Below are positions 56,342-64,000 of a DNA stretch of 64,000 nucleotides, in pieces (the first letter of the stretch is position 1; each line of letters starts with the position of its first letter). The translations under genes were made by a program, and so were the position numbers. The stretch spans positions 96,001 to 160,000 of the forward strand of contig CAVSHT010000004.1 in assembly GCA_963727895.1 (NCBI GenBank), written 5' to 3'. Origin of the DNA: an uncultured Methanosarcinaceae archaeon. GTDB lineage: Archaea > Halobacteriota > Methanosarcinia > Methanosarcinales > Methanosarcinaceae. Under the pieces are notes generated by a model, which saw only the letters and a program-made list of their open reading frames with translations, did not search any database and had not been told where the DNA came from.

Positions 56342-58467
56342 GTTGAATAAGAAAGAGCGATTGCTCGCTCTCCCTCTTCTAAGAACCGGACTTGAAAGTT
56401 TCCCTTCATCCGGCTCAAGTGTTCTATAACCCTTTCTGTATCAGGCAGCAGTTTTTTTTCAAACGGATTGACTTTTCCTTGAACTTAATTTATTATGACG
56501 TTCATGGAAGTAGTCGATATCAAGAAATGGATTCATTTGCAGTTTTAAAGGAATGTGTCTATGGATTTTAGTTTTGGATAAAAGCAACAAACTGTTTCTT
56601 TCTGTTCTGAAGTTCCATTTTCGTGTAGCACTTTGCTTCCAATATTTGTTGATAATCCAATTTTTGGATTTGTTTGGATGTCTTCTTTTAGCCCATCTCC
56701 ATAACATTTCCCACATTCGATGGTCAAGTGTCTGGAATGTTTCAGAAGAGACCACTGAATTATGATAGTTAGTCCAACCTCTAATTATTGGATTTAGTTT
56801 GGAAATTAAGTTATCTTGGGACCATGCTATCCCTTTTCTTAAGGTTTGACTAATTGTTTCAGTGAATCTTTTAATGGACTTCTTGGAAGGCTTGGTCAGT
56901 AGCTTGCCTTTGTACTCGCGAAAATTCCAGCCCAGAAAGTCGAAGCCTTCATAATATTTGTGATAAGAGTTTTATCATCAGACAGTTCAAGACCTCTTTC
57001 TTTAAGAAAAACAGCAATCTTATCTTTGATTTCTCTGGCAGTTTCTTCTGAATTAGCAGTTACTATGAAATCATCGCAGTACCTGATGAAGTTAATCTTG
57101 GTTGAATTCTTTTTTTTTAGGGTATTCATCCAAAAGTAACTTCTCAAGACCGTCCAATGTCATATTAGCCAAGATAGGGGAGATCATTCCGCCTTGTGGT
57201 GTGCCTGCTTTTGTTGGATTTGTGTGACGTTTGTAAATAAATCCTGCTTTGAGAAATTGAATTAATACTGATTTTTCCATTGGAATATTGGCCAGTAACC
57301 ACTGATGATTAATGTTATCGAAACACCCTTTAATATCGCCTTCTAAAATCCATTGCGCTGAATTTTTCTTGCTTAGACATAGAAAGATTTGCTCACAAGC
57401 ATCCTTAGTACTTCGGTGTTTTCTAAAGCCAAAGGACCTTATATCAGACAAGGTTTCAGCTATGGGGTCAAGAGCTAATGCGTATAAAGACTGCACAGCT
57501 CTATCATACATTGTAGGGATACCTAAAGGACGTCTCTTCTTTTTACCAGGTTTATTAATGAAAACTCTTTTGAGGGGTTTAGCTTTGTATCTTTTATCAG
57601 TAAGAATAAGAACAGCTTTCATCCTAGAGTCGGGTGTTAGCCATTTCTCACCATCGATTCCAGATGTCCTTTTTCCTTTATTTTGAATGACTCTTCTTAC
57701 TGCCAATAGTTTGGCAGAATAGAAATGTGTCAGTAAATATTGTAATCTCTTAATAAGGTTCCATTTGTTTTGTAAAACTGCTTTTGTAATTCGGGTTTGC
57801 AACTTATTAACGCTTTTCTCTACTTTATGCCAGTTGATACTTTTCTATTTCTGGGAGAGATAAGCGTCTGTAAGCTTCTTATCCTGAAGGGATATCGTTG
57901 AAATACTTACATTCAGAAGTTTGCCTCCTTTCATACAATAGAACACCATCAGTAAGTCTGCATCCTTTCGGATCAAGGCAAAGTTTGAACCTCTATCCAA
58001 TTCATTACAAATTGACATTCGCTTTTTACTGAATCCTATACCCTCTATGCAATTAATTCCCTTCACAGAGTTTCTACCCTTTTTTTTTAATTAAAAGGAG
58101 CATATAGGGCTTACCAAGTTTTATGTCACAAATAATGTAAATGTTTTAGAAGCCATCTATAGACCGGAAAGTGTATGTCCATTTTCTGCGACGTCTGTAA
58201 CACCATCGCACCCTGCTTTCATACCGTTTGGTTCAAGCGTATCAGTCTAGTTTCGCTTGTCATGAGTCACGACCCGTACAATGATTCAACATATGTTTCT
58301 TCATAGCATTTTTACCCTAGCAGATGACCCAAGTTAGACTTTCAGGCTTTTCCACATTGTCTTACGAGCTTAGTACAACTGCATTACTGCTGATGCACCT
58401 CATAATAGGATTACTCTAAATGGAAAGAGTAGCACAAGGCAATTTATGACATAACATCTTGTCGCAC
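56342..58467 (-). ncRNA. Group II intron, full length
   Basis: 5' GTGCG; domain V GAGCCGGATGAAGGGAAACTTTCAAGTCCGGTTC (56383-56416); 3' ...TTCAAC; EBS1 hairpin ~58187-58210. Confidence 0.9.
56459..57933 (-). pseudogene. Group II intron reverse transcriptase/maturase, no endonuclease domain; TAG at 57845 and two frameshifts
   Basis: RPLGIPT..DR, GDIKGCFDNI, GTPQGG.ISP.LAN, RYCDDF, FDFLG, domain X GWTNY. Confidence 0.9.
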
Positions 58468-58554
58468 TTACAGAACTTATGTTACACTGTCACTTGTTGC
58501 CTCTGATGGAACAAAGGTTCTCACAATTGCAGAATACAATCAATTTATTAATTT

Positions 58555-59294
58555 GATATTGATAACCAAAAATAGTTATCTTTTATTAGAAAGTATATTT
58601 CTGCATGAATTGCCCCAGATGCAATAGTTCTAATCACAAAAAGAATGGTATAGTTGGTGGTCATCAACACTATAAATGTCATGATTGTGGCTATAACTAT
58701 ACAGTAGAGCTAAAATCAACTGCTTTTTCCACTTCTGTCAAAAAACAGGCTTTACAACTCTATCTTGAAGGATTAGGCTTTCGCTCAATAGGAAGAATTT
58801 CAGGGGTGAGTCATGTTTCTGTCCAAAGATGGATAAAGAAATTTGGTCAGGAGTTAGAGGCCCTAAAAAGTGAAAATGAGATATCTATTGTTGAAATGGA
58901 TGAGATGCATACTTACATAGGTAACAAAAAAAATATTGTTGGATCTGGATTGCTGTTGATAGATTTGGGAAAAAGTTCATCAACTGCTCTTTTGGTAACA
59001 GAGGAACAGAAACTGGAAAACTACTCTGGGAAAAATTGAAGAAAAAAGAGATTGGAGAAGTGATGACAGATTACTGGAGGGCATATGCAGAGTTTATTCC
59101 TGAAACGATTCATACTCAATCAAAAGCAGAAACATTTACAGTTGAGGGATATAACAGCATATTGAGGCATTTTCTGGCAAGATTGAGAAGAAAAACAAAG
59201 TGTTATACGAAGAGTCTTGAAATGCTAAAGTACTCGGTTATTATATTGATGAAATACAGAAATAAAGAACTAGATATAGTTAAGTAACAATGCC
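58555..59294 (+). mobile_element. IS1-family element (InsA 58605..59039; InsB in the -1 frame at an A8 run)
   Basis: CPRC...CHDC; A8 at 58926-58933; AACAATGCC end. Confidence 0.9.
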
Positions 59295-59370
59295 AAATTA
59301 TAATGTGAAAATATAATGTAAAAACGTTTCTTGATCTGTGAACTTAAATCGTTACTTGAGGGTGAAATTA

Positions 59371-59508
59371 ATGGAAAAATGTGAAAGTTTTAGAAAAGAA
59401 GTTGAAAATTTTGTAACAATCAAAGGGCAAAAACTTTGCATCGAATGTGCCATTAAAACTCAAAAGGATATTGACCCGGACAGTCTAAACTTCAGTGCAT
59501 GTATATAA
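59371..59508 (+). CDS. Putative 45-aa Zn-finger-like microprotein
   Basis: GAGGGTGA RBS; MEKCESFRKEVENFVTIKGQKLCIECAIKTQKDIDPDSLNFSACI. Confidence 0.55.
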   Translation: MEKCESFRKEVENFVTIKGQKLCIECAIKTQKDIDPDSLNFSACI

Positions 59509-59768
59509 TTTTAGTAAAATTATTTTTAGGTTAAATTCTTTTGATAAACCATTCATGCTCTTTGAAACCTGACTACTATGTAGGAGCTTGCAGTAATTTA
59601 AACATCAATAGGCTTTGAGCCTGATAAAAATTTCCCACCTTATTATTCCTTACTTCGACTCTTTGATGTTGTGATAGGAAAAGTTAATCATAAGGGAAAT
59701 ACATTGTAAGCTTTACATACTTAAAAACATTATAACAAAGTTTTCAAATTTCTTGTGGAGTATCATTC

Positions 59769-60701
59769 TTGACTGTGAAAAAAGCACTTATCCCCGCGGC
59801 AGGCCTTGGGACACGCTTTTTGCCTGCTACCAAATCAATGCCTAAAGAAATGCTTCCTATTATTGATACACCTGTTATCCATTATGTAGTAGAGGAGGCA
59901 ATTGCCTCAGGTATCGAAGACATAATTATTATTACAGGAAGAGGTAAGAGAGCAATAGAAGACTATTTTGATGATTCTCCCGAACTTGAAATGCACCTTG
60001 AGAAGAGACATAATAAGGAACTTTTACAACTGGTTAGAGATGTTTCCTCTCTTGTGGACATTCACTATATCCGCCAGAAAGAACCAAATGGACTTGGAGA
60101 TGCGATCCTCAGGGCAGAAAATCATATTGGAGACGAACCTTTTGCCGTATTGCTGGGTGACGACATTATTGTGAATGACAAGCCTTGCACTGCCCAACTT
60201 ATTGAATATTTTGAAAAATATGGACGATCTACACTCGCAGTGGAAGAAGTACCTTATGAAAAATTGAGCAGTTATGGAATTATAAAAGGAAAACCCCTAA
60301 ATGATTCTCTATATGTACTGGAAGATATTATCGAAAAGCCATCACCTGAAAAAGCTCCCTCTAATATAGGAGCCATCGGTCGTTACGTCTTTACCCCTGA
60401 AATCTTTGACTGCATAAAAAAAGCAGGAACAGGAGTTGGAAACGAAATTCAGTTGACGGATGGAATCAGGATTCTTAACAGGTCGCAGACAATCTACGCC
60501 TGCAGGTTCAAAGGAAAAAGATTTGATACAGGTGACAGATTAGGGTATGTGAAATCGATAATAGATTTTGCTCTTGAAAATCAAAATCTCAAAGAAGACG
60601 TACTTGAATATATCAGAGAAATCATTGAAACTGAAAAAGTTCCGGAACAGGAAAAAACTGATATAATCAAAAAGTTATCAGTTGACAAAATCACATCTTA
60701 A
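59769..60701 (+). CDS. galU: UTP--glucose-1-phosphate uridylyltransferase
   Basis: PAAGLGTRFLPATKSMPKEML, RQKEPNGLGDA, EIQLTD. Confidence 0.95.
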   Translation: MTVKKALIPAAGLGTRFLPATKSMPKEMLPIIDTPVIHYVVEEAIASGIEDIIIITGRGKRAIEDYFDDSPELEMHLEKRHNKELLQLVRDVSSLVDIHYIRQKEPNGLGDAILRAENHIGDEPFAVLLGDDIIVNDKPCTAQLIEYFEKYGRSTLAVEEVPYEKLSSYGIIKGKPLNDSLYVLEDIIEKPSPEKAPSNIGAIGRYVFTPEIFDCIKKAGTGVGNEIQLTDGIRILNRSQTIYACRFKGKRFDTGDRLGYVKSIIDFALENQNLKEDVLEYIREIIETEKVPEQEKTDIIKKLSVDKITS

Positions 60702-60765
60702 TGAGAAAGGAATTTGGGCAAGAACTAATAATTAGAAATTAAAAAACCTGATAAAAAAGATTTAG

Positions 60766-60848
60766 TGCGGGAGAAGGGATTCGAACCCCTGAACGCCTAC
60801 GCGAAACGATCTTGAGTCGTTCACCGTTGACCACTTGGTTACTCCCGC
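60766..60848 (-). tRNA. tRNA-Leu(CAA)
   Basis: Cloverleaf GCGGGAG...AACGA-CTCAAGA-TCGTT, long variable arm, GTTCGAATCC. Confidence 0.95.
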
Positions 60849-61080
60849 ATTTCAGGAATCCAATAAGGTAACGACAGAACTAGCATATAAAGCTAATCCT
60901 GTGGAAAAACTGTGTTTAAAATTTAAATTAAAAGAAATTTAGGATCATTCTGGATTAATCTTGCTAACTCAACTTTATACTTTGTACTGTTTGGCGTAGT
61001 CTGTTAGACTTCAAAGTTTTTAGATTAAGAGTCTTCAATTTTTATTATTTTTACTTCAACATTATATTTTTGCCTGAGTT

Positions 61081-61398
61081 TCATGCCTCTTTTTCTGAAC
61101 AATTAACTTGAAGACATTCAAGATATTCCTTTTCTCCCTCAATATTCCAAAATTCTATAGCAGACATTTCATATGTGTGTAACGACTTTACTAGTTTTGT
61201 GGTTTCTTCAAAACGTGAAGAATCAGTTTTTACAAACATAGCAATTTCATTATCTTCTTCAATATTTTCAGTCCAACTGTATATTGAAGATACTGGAAAC
61301 ATATTTACACAGGCTTCAAGCCTTCTTGAAACCAACTCTCTTGCTATCTGTGATGCATTCTCCATATTTCCGGCAGTAATATATACAATTCCGAGCAT
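61081..61398 (-). CDS. cutA: Divalent-cation tolerance protein CutA
   Basis: A..IARELV.RRL.ACVN, S.Y.W, LHTYE. Confidence 0.9.
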   Translation of the reverse strand: MLGIVYITAGNMENASQIARELVSRRLEACVNMFPVSSIYSWTENIEEDNEIAMFVKTDSSRFEETTKLVKSLHTYEMSAIEFWNIEGEKEYLECLQVNCSEKEA

Positions 61399-61929
61399 GA
61401 GTAAACACCTCATGGACACTTAATGTTGTAAACAAGAGTTTTAACTTAAAACACATTCTTTTCTATGGAACAAGTATTTATCGCCTCTAAATACGGAACT
61501 ATCAGCTTTGATAACGAAACTGGTTTTTAAAATATATGAATTCATACATTTATTGCATTACATATGAATTCCCATATAAATTTATATATAAATAAAATTA
61601 TTTATAATTAGTACATTTTCTTAGATTGAATCCTGGTTAAAAAAAGGCAATATATATCGATTTAAAACAGTAAGATTACTGTAACATTTTTATATTATGT
61701 TGGGTACTAAAATTCAACGCGATGAATTAATTGATGTAGAATCGGATTTATATACTACAGTATAAAAATTTAGAGACCAGTTTAATCCAACATTTTAGAT
61801 TTATAACCAAATCCAAAATTCATAATATTACAAGTATCTGGTTAAGCTTAATTCAAAACATATTAATCTTAATTCATAACTGGTTAAGCTTAATTATATT
61901 AGTTTAGCTTAATAATTTGGAGAATTTCC

Positions 61930-63723
61930 TTGAATGGCACAAACATTGCACTGAGTATTTTTTTACTATACTGGTTCGCAGTTTCCTTTCTTGACAGGAA
62001 AGGTATACTGAAAAAGTATAACATAAGCACCTTCGGGCCACTTCCCATCCTTATGATCAGGACAACTAAGGGACTTAAATTATTGGATGTATTGGCCCGT
62101 CCAAAGTCTTATTGGAGATATTTTGCAAACCTTGGAATCCTATTGATGTTTGCAGGCATGACTGCAATGTTCCTGGTCATAGCTCTCTCAGACGTTGGAT
62201 TGTATACTTCATTCCTTAATGGAAACGTGCCAGCACCGGGAAAATATAATGCTCCAAGAAATATCCTGCTTATCCCTGGAATAAACGAATTCATTCCCTT
62301 TACCTGGGGAGTTATTGCTCTCGTAGTTACACTTGTAGTCCATGAATTTTCGCATGCTATTCTCTGCAGAGTTGAAGGCATCAGAGTCAAATCAATGGGA
62401 ATTCTGTATGCTTTTGTTCCTATCGGAGGTTTTGCGGAGCCTGATGATGAACAGCTTTTCGGGTCAAAAGAAAAAGTAGAAACTGAACCTCCTCTCACAG
62501 CTACAATCGACGAAATTGAAGAATGGGAAAAAGAAGAGAAAATCAGGCGAGAAACTGAGGAAACACAATATCAAAAACAGGAATCTAAGCCTGTAGTAGC
62601 TACAAGGATTCAGAGATCACGGATTCTTGCAGCAGGCGTTATGGCCAATTTCACTGTGGCTTTTATCGCTTTTCTGCTGTTTTTCGGGCCCGTACTTGGA
62701 GCAATAGCTCCTCTCAGTGATGTCATGGTCTTACATGTAAATGAAAGTTCTCCGGCTGATCTTGCAGGGATCAAGGAAGGCATGATAATAACCCAGGTCA
62801 ATAATACGAATATAACTACAGCAACCGATTTACTAACTTACCTTCAGAAAACAAAGGTGGGAGATACTGTCAGAATTTATGCAGAAAAAAATAATACCGT
62901 TTCCATACATGATTTACATATCTCCTCAGATCCTAATAACTATGTAGGTGGAGTGCTTGTAGGAGGAATTGTTTCGGGAAGTCCTGCGGAAGCTGCAGGA
63001 ATTAAAACCGGAATGAAAATGATCAAAATTAACAATACGGAAATGCAAAATATTGCAAGTTTCGCAAACGTTATGGGAACAACTAAGGCAAATCAGACCG
63101 TAAAAATAGAAATGATCCCTCCTGATAACTACACAGGCAAGCTTACTCAAAATGGGACTGTTATTTTCGATGTGAAGTTATCTTCCAATCCAGAAGAAAA
63201 TGATCACGGTTATCTGGGAGTTATTTATGGAAATAACGAAGTTGCCGATCTTCCCGGACTCGGAATGTCTATATGGATGCCACAGGCTAAAGTGTATCTT
63301 GAAGCTTTGAAACAAATTCCATCCTTACTAACTGTGCCTGCAGGCTGGATTATTATTTTTGGTCTTCCCATTTACGGATTTGCAGGTGAAGGATTCAGAG
63401 GTTTTTCAGGTACTCTTATGCAGTTTTACCATCCTGTAGGTTGGGCAGAACCTCTGGGAATAGGAATTTTCTGGATTGCAAATACTTTACTATGGATTGG
63501 CTGGCTTAATTTCTATGTCGGCCTATTCAACTGTTTGCCTGCCGTACCTCTGGACGGAGGACACGTATTTAGGGACTCGACATATTCCTTTGTATATAGG
63601 CTCACCAGAAACGACTCTATATCGGAAAAGATCTCAAACTCTATCACAGCAAGCTTTTCGATGTTGATTTTGTTTTCTTTTATATTTATGATAGTTGGGC
63701 CTTATCTAGGACAGTGGATCTAA
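61930..63723 (+). CDS. Site-2 protease (M50) with two PDZ domains
   Basis: HEFSH, NCLPAVPLDG, two SPA..AGIK.G repeats. Confidence 0.9.
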   Translation: MNGTNIALSIFLLYWFAVSFLDRKGILKKYNISTFGPLPILMIRTTKGLKLLDVLARPKSYWRYFANLGILLMFAGMTAMFLVIALSDVGLYTSFLNGNVPAPGKYNAPRNILLIPGINEFIPFTWGVIALVVTLVVHEFSHAILCRVEGIRVKSMGILYAFVPIGGFAEPDDEQLFGSKEKVETEPPLTATIDEIEEWEKEEKIRRETEETQYQKQESKPVVATRIQRSRILAAGVMANFTVAFIAFLLFFGPVLGAIAPLSDVMVLHVNESSPADLAGIKEGMIITQVNNTNITTATDLLTYLQKTKVGDTVRIYAEKNNTVSIHDLHISSDPNNYVGGVLVGGIVSGSPAEAAGIKTGMKMIKINNTEMQNIASFANVMGTTKANQTVKIEMIPPDNYTGKLTQNGTVIFDVKLSSNPEENDHGYLGVIYGNNEVADLPGLGMSIWMPQAKVYLEALKQIPSLLTVPAGWIIIFGLPIYGFAGEGFRGFSGTLMQFYHPVGWAEPLGIGIFWIANTLLWIGWLNFYVGLFNCLPAVPLDGGHVFRDSTYSFVYRLTRNDSISEKISNSITASFSMLILFSFIFMIVGPYLGQWI

Positions 63724-64000
63724 AAAAGTCTTAAGTCCCTTATTACTCAGCGTTCAAAGAAGCAGAATGCTGGGTTATCACTTTTTTTCGGCTACAGAAT
63801 TTTTTTCTTGCTTCCTATGTTTGAAATGCTAAATGTAATGTAGCTAAAGATAATTGCTTCTATGTTAATTTATTAGTAACATCTATAAGATTTCTCAGCT
63901 TTATATAAAGAAAGTTTTCAAGCAAGATTTAAATATGTTTACTTTAGGAGGAAAAAAAATAAGTTTGAGAACCAGATTTCGGAGGTTATTCCGCAAGAAG

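Larger units (their letters stand above)
56231..58491 (-). mobile_element. IS256-like MITE carrying a group II intron; 8-bp target duplication ACTTGTTG
   Basis: Ends GGCAGTGTCGCAAATTTGCTGTAA / GACAGTGTAACATAAGTTCTGTAA; direct repeats at 56223-56230 and 58492-58499. Confidence 0.8.

Noticed and set aside
56459..57933. RT as a retron, DGR or CRISPR-associated RT
   Set aside because: It is enclosed by a canonical group II intron 5' end and domains V/VI; no template/variable repeat pair, msr-msd or cas1 was seen.
60766..60848. tRNA-Leu as the attachment site of the accessory region
   Set aside because: No integrase and no duplicated tRNA 3' end were seen, and galU lies between the tRNA and the accessory region.

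Overview
AT-rich archaeal DNA, most consistent with Methanosarcina (inferred from archaeal-type CoaD, COG1361 S-layer-domain ABC operons, a PKD-domain C1A protease, and TATA-type promoters). About 1-59 kb is a heavily decayed accessory region. It holds a flavodoxin/aldo-keto reductase/cupin stress cluster with a shared operator, a secreted HEAT-repeat protein and a secreted protease, an inverted duplication of a MarR/ABC/S-layer module, and a decaying nitrogenase-like DKH + methyltransferase operon. It is also dense in IS1, IS6 and IS110 elements and carries at least five MITE families. Housekeeping genes (galU, tRNA-Leu, cutA, M50 protease) close the window. Most notable: (1) a group II intron inserted exactly in the terminal inverted repeat of an IS256-like MITE, with EBS1 matching that repeat, an 8-bp target duplication around the whole composite, and two more relics of the same junction; (2) an IS110 element inserted into IS1, whose 5' non-coding end folds like a bridge RNA with segments matching its own target and donor junctions; (3) an uncharacterised nitrogenase-like operon. 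All calls come from reading the sequence by eye; no searches were run.
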